This document shows, in pieces, positions 43,142 through 55,373 of a stretch of 64,000 bases of DNA. Both the position numbers and the translations under genes were made by a program. Numbering within the stretch: the first letter of the stretch is position 1; every line of letters begins with the position of its first letter. The DNA comes from Marsupella aquatica (lineage: Eukaryota > Plantae > Marchantiophyta), in NCBI GenBank assembly GCA_973895155.1, contig OZ316895.1:618435-682434 (forward strand). The letters are read 5' to 3'. The notes below the pieces were generated by a model. That model searched no databases and was not told the origin of the DNA. It saw nothing but the letters and a program-made list of their open reading frames with translations.

Positions 43142-44613
43142 TTTGCCAATCTCCGTCTGATTGATGGCGCTCGATATTTTCCAAGTCTTCCTTTCACACC
43201 GTCACCCCAAGAATTCTAGCCCTAATCAACCACCCACCTTAGTCGTTGTGATCAAATTCATTTGGAAGTGCCAAAAAGCAACCTCAAAATACCCAATCGA
43301 TATGCCTCTTGCTGTGAACTGATAATTACATATCTGTGTACACGAATGGTAAAATAGTAAGTAAGTGTACATACCCTGTAAGTGTACAGGTCTCTTACAA
43401 AGAGACCAGCATCTTGAAGTAGGGACACACAAACAAGAACTAGAGGTTGTGCAAGGAAGAGAATTGACAATGCAACTTCGACATGATACAGGAATTTAAG
43501 CTTTGAAACTATCTCAAAACCCAGGAACAAAATTGGAATGATGGAGTTAAAGGCAAACAAAGAAGGTAATATGCCTTAAAAATTCATATGCTCAGGCAGG
43601 TTTTACGCAGCACCTGACTCAGTTGGATAGCTAGACCCTATCCTTCTTGTTCTCTTCTGAGTTGTATCAGTCACTACTGATCACAATAACTTCGTTTCTC
43701 ACAATCCCATCTTGCCGTGTTGTCATAGTTTAGTAATGTTGGAGTTGCAAGCTAGTTGAATGCATGAATTATGGTGTGGCCTTTCATTTATATTAGCTTG
43801 TCCTCTCAATCAAGCCATATACCAATGGTTCTAATTCAGAAATTCTCAAGGAGATAGTTACTTTATTTCTCAAAATACATGCAAGGGTACATGTGAAAGC
43901 ATCAACTGGACCATGTATGTATAGTTCTTTAAACTATTATATGTGGACAAGTTTTTTTTCTCGTGAGCGGCCTTTGAACTTTGGTGCAATGGTACAATTA
44001 AATCTTGTTGCACATTTGGTTGGCTTTGAAAAGTAATGTGGAACGTGACAAAAAGCAAGGAGAAGACACTTTACTGACCATTAATTTTCTCAACGCATTT
44101 TGGTGCCTTTGTAAGGTACGTCTCAACATCATCAAAGTCTCTGCAACACAAAACCAAATGAAAGTCCCTGCAACACAAAATCAAAACCGCTATGTCAGGC
44201 AGGGATGCAAAATACTCAACACATGCATGATGGAGAGTGGTTACCTCTACTTTCTTTGGACTGCGATGCATTGCAATGAGTGGGGGTGACAGCATACATG
44301 TACGTGCCATCAGACCAGAAGGTTGGCCAACAGTTGGATGGGAGGAAGCAGCATGTTTGTTCCCTCCCTTTACGGAATGGGTAGTGTAGGCCCCTAATGA
44401 TTCATAATATTCATCAGGTGTGATCTGGCCCGCAGTTTGCAAGTTCCTGCTACTCCTCATAGACTCCTGATCTAGTTTTGCAAAGCTAAATTAACGGCTA
44501 CTCGTATAGTACTATGAGTGTCGATTGATCGATATGTCTGCCGTAGATTGTGCCTCCTCCCACAAGGGTGAGGGATTCATGGCAATTGGACTCTACTATG
44601 GTGGACTGGTGGG

Positions 44614-44893
44614 CTCGGGGGTTTAACTTAGTGTATAATTTAGGGTACCACGGGCGATCCTAGCCTAATATAAACACACTTATTTTATAACAAGAATATT
44701 CCAAAAATATTCTCAATATTAATGACTTATTTTATTTTATAATATATATATATTAGAGAATATTCTACAAATATGGGTTTATAATACCTTCTTTTGCTTC
44801 CTACACTTTTTAAAAATTTAGTTAATTTCTATGAAAATTGTCTATTTTGGATTGCACGTGGTTCCTAAGATTTTTGATAGTCAACCCCCCAAG
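44614..44893. mobile_element. MITE with 8-bp TSD (hAT-like), copy 2
   Basis: Aligns with copy 1 end to end. TIR CTCGGGGGTTTAACT / AGTCAACCCCCCAAG; TSD CTGGTGGG at 44606-44613 and 44894-44901. Confidence 0.92.
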
Positions 44894-47211
44894 CTGGTGG
44901 GGCACACAATCACGAGAAGGGATTGTGACCTTCCAAAGTGTCCACATATCCACATTGATCATGAATTCACTTTTGAAAATATCGACAAGGAACACAGAGC
45001 AGCCATATAGGGAATTGTGGGCGTGTTGCACACTTTGTTGTCTCAATCAATTCATTTGCCTCCAAACCAAAATCCTCGCTAGCACGTAGATCAATTTATC
45101 CCTCCCAAGAAAGAAAGAACTCGCATGCACATAGGACATCAATATAACGCAATCGGTACTCGATTGCTGCTCGCTTCACTACATTGCCAACCACAACACA
45201 AAATTGTCCTGCGCAATAGGGCATCAATTCTACCCCAATCGCTACTCAAGTGTTGCTCTAATGATGAAGGCAAATAGTGCCAAAAAAGGCCATAGCAACA
45301 GAGTACAGGATTGAGACAATGAAACATTTAATTGTTGTAAATTAAGTGCTCTGAAACCTGAATTACATATGGAGATTCTGATGTATGCTGAATGGCAGAG
45401 CGCCTCATTTGTAGTAAATAGCAGAGCTCACCTGAGTGTTGACTTTACAGCTGATTTAACGTCTGTAACGTTGTTCTGATTCACCTTGCTGAGTACTCAC
45501 CATGACAAAGCTTGTGATTAGAATACAACACAAACTATGAAGAGTACCTGATTGTGAATAAGCACCAAAGGTTCAAGATACCTAGACTAGAGCATTAAGA
45601 ACTATAGTTTAGGCATTTACAAATGTTATAAGCTAACTTGAGTACATCCCGATGCCCTCATACTCACAAGAAGTGGATGAAAATGTTAAATTAGAAAAAT
45701 GTGTCCTTATACATTAAATCTGGTGGCAATGTTGGAGGTAAGGGTGGAGAAAATTTGCAATTGGGACCGACAAGAGTGGATTGACTGCACCCAACAACAT
45801 TAGGAACCCGCCCAAGATTTTCAACTTAGATTGACGACTGCTTCTTTTTGCTAGATCTGTTCATTTTGGAAGAAAGATTTGTGCAAAATTTTACATTCAG
45901 ATTTGTTTTCGGAAGAAAGCGCATCTGCATGTCGCTACAATCCCCACCATTCTCATAGAAGAAGTAAGCAAATTGGCATCCATGTTTTCCTATCAGTGAG
46001 CAACATCTCCACACTGCCCTGGTGCCACAGAATTGATGAGCAGAAGCTCAGGTCATGGATAATTCCTACTCTGCAAACAAAGCCACTAGAGAAACATGTG
46101 GAGATTAATTGCATAGCGAACACTGTATCTATGGTTAAACAAGACTACAATCTTGTGTTAGAGTTTTATCCAATCGTTTTGCTTTCTTGAAGGAGATCAC
46201 TTCATATCAAATTATCCTAACCAAATGACTGCTCACAACATAATACCAAGTTACAGCAGGGGCCGAGTAATGAGTGAAAGCTTCAACACCAATACAACTT
46301 TGCTACAAGCCCCTATAACAGAACCTCGTAAGATGAACTCGTCCTCTGGTCTGTATTAGGAAAGATTTATAGAGTGTAGAAACCATAAGAAACCTTAACT
46401 TGTTAACGTACAGCTGATCAATGCACTCTTCAATCAATTTCTTATCACCGGATCGATCTATCTAGGATGATTCATTCTCGGAGGCATCTAAAGCCATGGA
46501 TGACTAGGAATCGTTGCACAACTTTGGAAGACATTTAAAATCCACAACTACTGCTAGATTCTAATTCTTGCATGTGAGGATAATGGAGAAATTCTTGTAA
46601 CAAGGAAGAGATTACAAACGATTCGGCCGAGGATATGACAAAGAACTCACCAACAAGAAGACAGGAGCAACTTTCATCCGGAACCACTCCATCAAATTGT
46701 CCATCGTTCATCCAAAACAATTCCGGCACAATACCCGTTGTGTTTGTCAGACTGGATCCCATTTCACCTCTTGCAAATTGTTTGCACAGTGCTCATGAGC
46801 ACTCCAATACACTCCTGCAATCAAGAAGGAAGTGTATTGTGTCCCGCTCCCTCAACAAAACCACTACATGTAATGCTCGCCAAGACCACCGCCCCACTTA
46901 GCGTACCGTATACCGCTCTTGCACATTTAGCAGCCGTGAACCGCCCTGCATGGCTAGATGATGACTACAGGGTTGGTGTTTCTCTTTCCCAGCGGTAGAC
47001 GCCAACGCGGTTACGGTCATGGTAAGGGCCTTACAGTGTAAGGCAACCACCGTTTGAAGGAAGGATGAGGAAGATGAGACTTGCAATTTTGTGGGTAGTG
47101 GATGAGAGTTCTGATTATCAACTCGGCCCTGGTTATCCACTTTGTGGCCCTACTTTAAGCCTCTCTCCGTCCTGGTGCTGGTCCCTATCAGATCCCTGGG
47201 GGCTCACCCTA

Positions 47212-47387
47212 AAATGGGTTCTCTACAAAGAAAGTGTCACTATTGGGCTGGGGAAGGACTACTAAGTGTTCTTCCCCATTTCCATTCAAGACAAAAACCT
47301 GAAATGGGTTCCCTACAAAGAAAGTGTCACTATTGGGGTGGGGAGAGACTACTAAGTGTTCTTCCCCATTTCAGTTCAAGACAAAAA
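47212..47387. repeat. Tandem duplication, 2 x 90 bp
   Basis: AAATGGGTTC.CTACAAAGAAAGTGTCACTATTGGG.TGGGGA..GACTACTAAGTGTTCTTCCCCATTTC..TTCAAGACAAAAA twice. Confidence 0.9.
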
Positions 47388-50303
47388 ACAAACCACGCTA
47401 CTATCCCCTTGTTTGAAAGTGTCCTCCGTTTTAAAGTTCTTTTCAAACACAAATTCTTACAAACTAGGTTTTATTAGCTGCTTGGAGACAACCATTGACA
47501 TTTTGCGTGTTCAATATTGATGAGCATGCGGGGCATGCTATTCTTGTGGAGGTCTTTGTGAATGCAAAAAACTAAACAAAGCTCCTGACTAAGCTCAATT
47601 ACTAACATGTTTGAGACGGTTGGTAGGACCTTAAACTAGGCATTATTGTTATACAAAAAACAAAAATGACTTGCATGGACATTGGTCATGACAGGAAAAT
47701 AGTGTGCAACAAGCGGTTCCAAACAGGTGTATGACTTTATGTGCGGAGGCAACCCAGACTCGCAAAGGTTGATTTAATTCACTAAGGCAACAGTGAGAGC
47801 AACAGAAGTGGCATATCCCAACTGGAAACGCCACACAAGGAATTATCCCAAATCAGTACTAGCCTCTTTTGAATGTTTTAAATTCCTTAACCTTGGGCTA
47901 CTTTGCTACTTTTGTCATCTCGCTTGGCCTCATCAGGTGGGCGATCCTAAGAAGGGACACATGTCTTTTCCCAGCAATACAGCCAGTGACTTTAATCTTT
48001 CTTGCTTTCTTTGGAATATTAAGTCATGCAAAGAAAAACACTAGAGAAATGAAGATTTCCGGTCAACAAGTGTCAATGAATAAGTTAGTTTCGGATGGAG
48101 GCAGTAATTTGCGACTGCTGTCTATGGAGTGAAAGCCCTGGCCAAATAAAAATTAGTTCGTGGACCCCTTGGCTAATAAAATCAGGGGGAAGAGTCTATC
48201 TGAGCCGTCTCCATTTCTTATCTCTGGAAATCTTGTCCGTCCATCATAATGGTCAATCTATGGCTCAAAAGAAAGATCTCAAATAGATCTATGGATGGTT
48301 TCTGTCCGTTTTGCAAATGGGTTAATATTTTTCAAATGAAAAATTAAACAAATCCAAGCCTTCCTAGCCGTCGATTTTGTTGATTTTATGATCTTTGCCG
48401 TCCATTTTGTAATGCCTCTAGAAATCTTATTCATCCATGTTAGAAGGCGATCTAGGGTGCAAAAGAAAGATCTCAATGCGATCTACGACCGGGTATTTTT
48501 TGTTTTGAGAATGAGTAAATAGTTTTGAGTATAAAATTCGATGAACTTTCAAGATTCCAGCCATTCCTCCTCCCCGATCCTGGGTTTCTATGTGCTCTTC
48601 CCAACATTAATGACCGCACAATACGAGAGGTCCGTACATACCGAGAGTTGCGGTTTAACTAGGAAGTTATCAAGTTAGTTATTAGTCATTATTTATTATA
48701 TGAAAAATAATTTTTATAAATCTTTGAATTTAAATTTTAAAATTGGAAATGTAACTAAAACGGTTACATAGTGACTGTTTTAACCGTCTTGCTCTTTGCA
48801 TTTTCAATGTTTTTATTTTTCTTTTTACGGCATGGCGTCCCAAAATTTACACCCAAATTGACATAAACACGAATGAAAACTATAAGTTTGATTCACAAAA
48901 CCGACGAGTCTTGTTTGTTGCGGTTGTTGTTGACATGGCACGTTGTGATGCCATGAATTTTGGAAGGGACCTCTAGTGGGGTCCGTAAAGAATCCTGATT
49001 TCTACTTTGATCATGGATAGAAATTGTGAGATGCTATTGAACTCGAGTTCATTTTCATTGTCGACCATGACTTTGGTGTTGACGAGGCACAATCAATGGA
49101 TGATTCCCTGTTCCTCCCCAGAATGAGATCAGTCTCCCCTACGATAAGCAATGTGAGCAGGTGTGGAAAAGCTCTTGGTCAGAGGATTTTAATCAGAAAT
49201 CTCCAAAGCTATCTGGCCAGCATGATTTTGTAATATTAGTCCGGGCCACCCTCGGTGAAAGAGGACTCTCGTTTGTTAATTTTGATATGATTGGACTTGC
49301 ATATAAAACTCTTGCAACTTCTCAAATTTATGCCAACCATTACACTACTGGGAGCTTACAAAATTCATGAGTGTCTTACTCAATCAAGTACCCTAAACCC
49401 CCAAAACCCAAAATTTTGTTCTCCTCTTTAATACCCGAAACCTCTAGTCCATACCAAGTACATCTCAGTAATATATCACTATTGCACACATGATGGACGA
49501 GAGAGCCAGAAATTTAGACAGAGGGCATGTATTGTGTGAGCATTCCATTTGGACATCCTAGCAAGCCAATCTCGTTGCTGGCCTGCAAGCCTGGACTCTA
49601 CTTGGCCTGGGTTACAAATAATTATGGTGGGTGTCATGTATCGTGCAACCATTTGCTCTTCGTTGCATGGGGCGATGGCACGACCACAAAACATTAGTCT
49701 CGACTACGTCAGTCTTGCTGGGACTGCGTTGATTGTGGAAAGTTCACGATACCCTTTAACTGACCCTACAAGCAGGTCAAGTAGTTGGCTCACATGTCTA
49801 AGTTTGCCATGGCCAAGATTGAGAAGGAGCAACTCTAGTCTCTGTACCATCTGGACGACGTCGTTTGGAAACCTCTTGGCAGTTGAACAGCTCACCTTTG
49901 ATTTGACAAACTCTTTGCAATTGCCGGAATCTACAGATGATTTGCTGCCAATGGTGCTTTCTTACTCTACAGAGTGCACACTATGTGGACAATTTAGTTG
50001 TCAAGTCTTCCTTTGCTTTCCCTTGCCTTATATTCTCACGCAAATGGGTTTCCCTGGTCAATCTACCTCTGTTGCACAATCGTGCAGTGGAAGGCTAAAC
50101 CCTGAAACAATCTGACTGCGGGATGTTTTAAGTAGGAATATAAAAATGATGTTAGCGTCTCACAATCCCTTCATAGGCGAAAACCACTCCTCGTCAAAAC
50201 CGACGGATTGTTAACAAGATGGCCGGTGTGGACTGCAGACAACTTTAATCATTATAAAAATTAGAATGCGTCGCTTGCAACCAGGTATTTAAACTATCTT
50301 CTG

Positions 50304-53300
50304 CTATGCCCCTTTTTGAGCTGGGTCCTGAACTACGCGCTTTCCATTCCCAGGGCCCCCAATCACCCCAGTTGTTTTGAATTGAACCTGTCTAGCTCTG
50401 GCCCTCTCCTTTTCTTCTGGTGACTTCAATGAGTAACAGTATGGGCATGAGACCCCTTCCTCCCATAGGGCAGACGTTTTATCATCATCGTTAACTGGTT
50501 TCTTACAAGCATAACATAGAGAGTGTGTCCCTTGTTTCAACCCATGCTCTACAGAGACGCGTTTGTCAAAGACAAAGCATTCCCCTTCCCATAAACTCTC
50601 TGCCGGAGTCACCTGCTCGAGGTATTTCAAAATTCCTCCTTCCAGATGGTACACCTGCTTGCAATTCACAGGTAATCTTGTCATTACCATCACGCTGTAC
50701 AATGGTGCATGAGAATCTCTCCGCTTGGAAGACAGCTAAACAGAAGGTCCAATTGAACACAACCTTGCAGTAGGACACAGAACTGTTCCCTAAAGGAGAG
50801 GATGGACACATTGTAGGGAAAGAAATGTTACGGCTGCACTGCCGCAACTTCGAGAGTAGCTTTCATAAGGAATGTATAACTGCTACTTTTGGAATTCAAC
50901 ATCTCAGACACATACCTCGTTAAACCCTTTTTCCATAAGATACGATGTGGCCTTTTCACATCTGATACCGCCCGTACAATACATAGCAATTCGCGTACGT
51001 TGTGCTTCTGTAGGAACTAGGTCACCCATCTCTGGCATCGAGTGGCCATTGTCCTCTGAAGTATTCGCTATCAAATCTTCACCCTCCTTGGGCGATTGAT
51101 TTGTCGACAATCTGAACCTATTCTCCACCCAGGTAGGGAACTCCCTGAAAGCCTCAGTCTTCGGATCCTCTGCTCCTTTGAATCTCCCAATCCGTACTTC
51201 ATAATCATTCCTTACATCTACTACGACCTGCCAAAACAATTTTCGAGTGAGAGAATGCGACGACCAGTCGTCAACAACTCTGAACAATGCGGAGGCACAG
51301 TCAAACGATCACTCACTTCGAGACGTCGCTCACATCACATCACCTTTCGACCCCTGTCATTTTATATGGACCGACTACAGCATACCGGAAATACAATGGA
51401 TTTTTGCAAAGTCAGGAGGTAACACACCGTTCTAGAATCCGAAATCAAAGCGTTCCAGTCCTTGGGCTTCACATACGTCCCTACTTTCTCCGAGGGTTTT
51501 ACACCTGGAACGCCCAAAGGCACAACCTGTCAAAGCTACACATAGTCAGCAACAATCTTATCAATCAGAAAGAGAGACAGAGCTAACACAAGACAGTAAA
51601 ACATTCAAGATCTTCCCGTATCTTAAGGCAGTCCCCGTGATCGACTCAATCTTTTATAGTGAGAGTCCTCTACAATGATTCCCTTCAACAATTGCTCGAT
51701 AGTGGAACGACTTCAAGTCCAGATAAATGTCCCTTCCAATGTCAACAGTATTTCCCATGAGTAAGAATGACCACAGCTTAAGGAAGACCTCTTAGAGGAC
51801 AATATGGCATAGCTGATAGACCAATACACCCATCTGAAACGGGCACACTAGCTTGCAATGTTATGCATTGGTGAAGGGTTTAGGTCCTTCAGGCTTACTG
51901 GATTATATAGACGAAACACAGTTATCCAAACGAAATTATGCAAAAATTCTGGTTAAAGTGACATCGAGCGGACCGAAGTCAGAGAGAAAACTCCCTCGGA
52001 AATGTCCCTTCCAATGTCAACAGTGATTCTCATGAGTAAGAATGACCACAGCTTAAGGAAGGCCTCTTAGAGGAGAAATACTGCATAGCTGATAGACCAA
52101 TACACCCATCTAAAACGGGCACACTAGCTTGCAATATTATGCATAAGGTGGAGGATTTAGGGCCTTCAGGCTTACCGGATTATATACGCCAAACACAATT
52201 ATCCTATAGAACTTATGCAAAAATTCTGGTGACATCTAGCGGATGATAATCAGGGAAAGTTCGCTCGGAAATGTCCCTTCCAATGTCAACAGTGATTCCC
52301 ATGAGTAAGAATGACCACAGCTTAAGGAAGACCGCTTAGAGGACAATGTTGCATAGCTGATAGACCAATATGCCCATCTGAAACGGGCACACTAGCTTGC
52401 AATATTATGCATAGGGTGTAGGATTGAGGCCTTAAGGGCGTACCGGATTATATAAGCCAATCACAGTGATCCGATGGAGCCAAAATTCTGGTTATAATGA
52501 CATAGAGAGGATGATAGTCAGGGAGGAAACTCCCTCGGAAATGTCCCTTCCAATGTCAACAGTGATTCTCATGAGTAAGAATGACCACAGCTTAAGGAAG
52601 ACCTCTTAGAGGACAATGTTGCATAGCTGATAGACCAACATACCCATCTAAAACGGGCACACTAGCTTGCAATATTATGCATAGGCTGAAGGGTTTAGGG
52701 CCTTCAGGCTTACCGGATTATCTACGCCAAACACAGTTATCCAAAGGAAATTATGCAAAAATTCTGGTTATTTGTGAATCTAGAGGATGATCGTCAGGGA
52801 AAAAGTTCCCTCGGAAATGTCCCTTCCAATGTCAACAGTGATTCCCATGAGTAAGAATGACCACAGCTTAAGGAAGACCTCTTAGAGGACAATGTTGCAT
52901 AGCTGATAGACCAATATACCCATCTGAAACGGGGACACTAGCTTGCAATACTATGCATCCAGAATTATCCACCCCAACGCCATTGGAGTACACGGAACTT
53001 CTGGTTCTGAATTGAGACGTTTCTTCAAGTTAGGGTGACAAGCATTACCCAAACGATGAAACTTACCAACCGTTTGCTCTTTCGTCTGTATTTCAATTAG
53101 TTCACTTCTCGAATGCAAAGACAGGGAGAAAATAATTTAAAATCCTAACACTGAGCTGTATAAGTGCGCACTTTTTCCTTTCCTTCCTTTCTCTGGGCGG
53201 CGGTTACATTAGGAGCGGAGTTAAGAATCACGACTTTACCTCAGTTTTCAATTTCACTCGAACGTGACCCCAGCGGAATGGAGCATCGTCACCAGCACCC

Positions 53301-54431
53301 AATGGAGACTTCGATGTATGACCATGGTGCAGTTCTTCCTCTTCTTCAGTGGCAGGAGCTTCATTTTTCCGCAAGTCCTTGAATCGCACGTCTGTCAGCA
53401 GTGTGGCAAAGACTTTGTCTACAGACTCTCGGGTTCCACATATGCTACCATTGATCCCCTCTGGAGCTAGGATAATTCCACCCGAGACTCGCTGCACGCA
53501 CGAAGTGCCGCAATACCACGATTAGAAATCCTAGATGACAACTGCTTCGTTGCACTGCTTGTTCGCGTGAAGAGAGCTTCACGCAGCCTATTCATAATTA
53601 TTTCGACAAACAGTCGCGATGGGACTGGGACAGCAACCCCTCAACTTCGACGAAATAATACCAAAAACAAGAAGGTGCTATAATGTTCATAAACGATACA
53701 AAACAAAATACCGATAGTGCTTTCTACGACAGCAATCGAAGACTGTGTTCAGCTGAGCCATACAATTTCCCGATCAGGGGCTGAGGTTACAAGGTTCGGT
53801 AACATGTTCTACGGATAACGAGTCACATACATTTTGGCTTAGGAGTGCTAACTTTAATCCGCTTCCCTGCAATGCACAAGCTTGCAAGTGCCGCCGCAGT
53901 AGCACTTCAAAGCATTTCACTCCCAGCGACCAAAGTAATCGAGGATTCAAAGGCGAGCCATGAGCTGGAAGCTATTACACATTACCCATGAAAAGATGGA
54001 ATAGAGACAGTTCAGTGAGAGAAAGAGAGAAAGGAAGGCAAGCACCTCACATGTGCATCACACAGCTCTCGCAAAGGTGTTCGCATTTCCACGTAGTCGG
54101 GGAGATCCGCAAACTTGTAGAACGACACCACCACGAGAGAGGAGGGTCTTCTCGCCTTAACAGCGGCATCTTCCTCCCCCTCAACTGCCGGACTCTTGAA
54201 GTCGTTCTCTCCATCACTCCGAGTGGCGGAGGTGGTAGGAACAGCAGCAAAGGAAGTAGTACGCTGCTCATGCTGAAGCTTTTGGCCCATCCATGCAATC
54301 CAACTCCGCCCCTTCTTCTTAGTCTCGGAAAATAACAAGCCTCTTCCGTTGCTTCCACCCTCTGTTCGCAGTATCAAAGGGCTGGACAAGCGCGTCAGTC
54401 CCGTCGCAGAGAACGCACTGGCGGCCCGCAT
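50304..54431 (-). CDS. STR7: Rhodanese-like domain protein, STR7 / TrhO (YceA, UPF0176) family, with a probable organellar transit peptide; exons 54431-54051, 53491-53240, 51526-51428, 51227-50916, 50654-50304
   Basis: [12 protein letters not shown]; [16 protein letters not shown]; [26 protein letters not shown]; [18 protein letters not shown]; [13 protein letters not shown]; [13 protein letters not shown]; [12 protein letters not shown]; C-terminal CxxC...CPxC. Confidence 0.92.
51725..51868 (-). ncRNA. Candidate box H/ACA snoRNA, copy A
   Basis: Hairpin, hinge (ATATTG), hairpin, then ACA-TTT on the host-gene strand. See first finding. Confidence 0.6.
52000..52144 (-). ncRNA. Candidate box H/ACA snoRNA, copy B (degenerate hinge)
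   Basis: Same fold. Hinge reads GTATTT; ACA box intact. Confidence 0.5.
52269..52412 (-). ncRNA. Candidate box H/ACA snoRNA, copy C
   Basis: Same fold. One G-U pair of the upper stem is G-C here; hinge ACATTG. Confidence 0.62.
52539..52682 (-). ncRNA. Candidate box H/ACA snoRNA, copy D
   Basis: Same fold. U-A/U-G exchanges only; hinge ACATTG. Confidence 0.62.
52815..52958 (-). ncRNA. Candidate box H/ACA snoRNA, copy E
   Basis: Same fold with one mismatch in the upper stem; hinge ACATTG. Confidence 0.58.
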
Positions 54432-54849
54432 GGAGGCCCTCCCGTCGTTTCAGAACAAAACTAGAATCCAAAATCAGACTGCGTTCCTGGGTACCCGATC
54501 AAGAAGGTCGAAACGGATCTCAGGTCCCACGAGAAAACACCACAACAGTGTGTATCTAAAGTGAGACAGCGGAAAGTGCCCACAAGGGTCCGCCCATCTC
54601 GGATGCCCAAATATTTATCTCCAGCTCCATCGCCAATGCCGATTTCGTTGCCGAGTTCCTTCATAGAGCACACGCAGAGGTGAAGAAGTACGCGACTGAT
54701 GCCCTAAGGGAGGACCCGCAACGGCCCTCTCCCTGTGAAGGTCGAAGTTTGCAGGCGCAAGGACTTCCATGCGATCCTTTTTCTTTTCCCCCTTTTAGAA
54801 CCGAAAGTTGGCCCATGTCACATACGATCCCTTCAGGAACCTACGCCTC

Positions 54850-55298
54850 TTTAGGGTTAGCCCACAAGGGGTCATACCAGGGATCCTAGGGTAACCCCAC
54901 AATGGGGTTGCACCTAAACCAGGAGAGAGATGGAGAGGTACATAGATAGATGAACAAAAGCCCAGATCATACCAGGGTTGCTAGAGTAAATAATCCCTCA
55001 CAAGGGGATTGTACCTAAACCAGGAGAGAGAGAGAGAGGGGGAGCGTCGAAGGAAAGCCCTGACCATACCAGGGATCCTAGGGTAACCCCCACAAGCCAG
55101 GGGGTTGGACCTAAACAGAGAGAGAGAGAGAGAAAAAAAAAAAAAACTCACCAGCTAGGGCTAAAGAGAACCAGGACTCCCACCCATACACCTAATCCAC
55201 ATGCAAACACCTTCCACAACCCTTGCATGTGGAAAGGGGGATTGAACCTGGGACCTCTAGGTTTTAGGCTAATCCCCTAGCCAACTGACCAAAGCTAG
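54850..55298 (-). mobile_element. tRNA-derived SINE-like copy with intact head and about three internal tandem units
   Basis: Head GGGATTGAACCTGGGACCTCTAGG...CCCCTAGCCAACTGACCAAAGC matches the element at 19117-26283. Unit CATACCAGGG...CCC.CACAA..GGG.TTG.ACCTAAAC.AG(GA)n occurs three times. Confidence 0.7.
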
Positions 55299-55334
55299 TT
55301 ACTTTCCATGCAATCTTTGGCTTCATCTCCAAGG

Positions 55335-55337
<3 letters not shown>

Positions 55338-55372
<35 letters not shown>
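55338..55372. repeat. (GA)n microsatellite
   Basis: About 17 uninterrupted GA units. Confidence 0.95.

Positions 55373-55373
<1 letters not shown>

Larger units (their letters stand above)
51725..52958. repeat. Intronic tandem array, period 269-276 bp: five conserved ~144-bp modules and four more variable spacers
   Basis: AAATGTCCCTTCCAATGTCAACAGT recurs at 51725, 52000, 52269, 52539 and 52815. Confidence 0.97.

Noticed and set aside
49549-50115. 188-aa plus-strand ORF
   Set aside because: Non-ATG start, no recognisable motif, composition unlike the real genes here.
51725-52958. CRISPR array or hammerhead-ribozyme (retrozyme) reading of the repeat/spacer pattern
   Set aside because: Repeats are ~144 bp, spacers are homologous to each other, the context is eukaryotic and there are no cas genes. 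The plus-strand CTGATAGA...GAAA lacks the CUGANGA spacing and a proper stem II.
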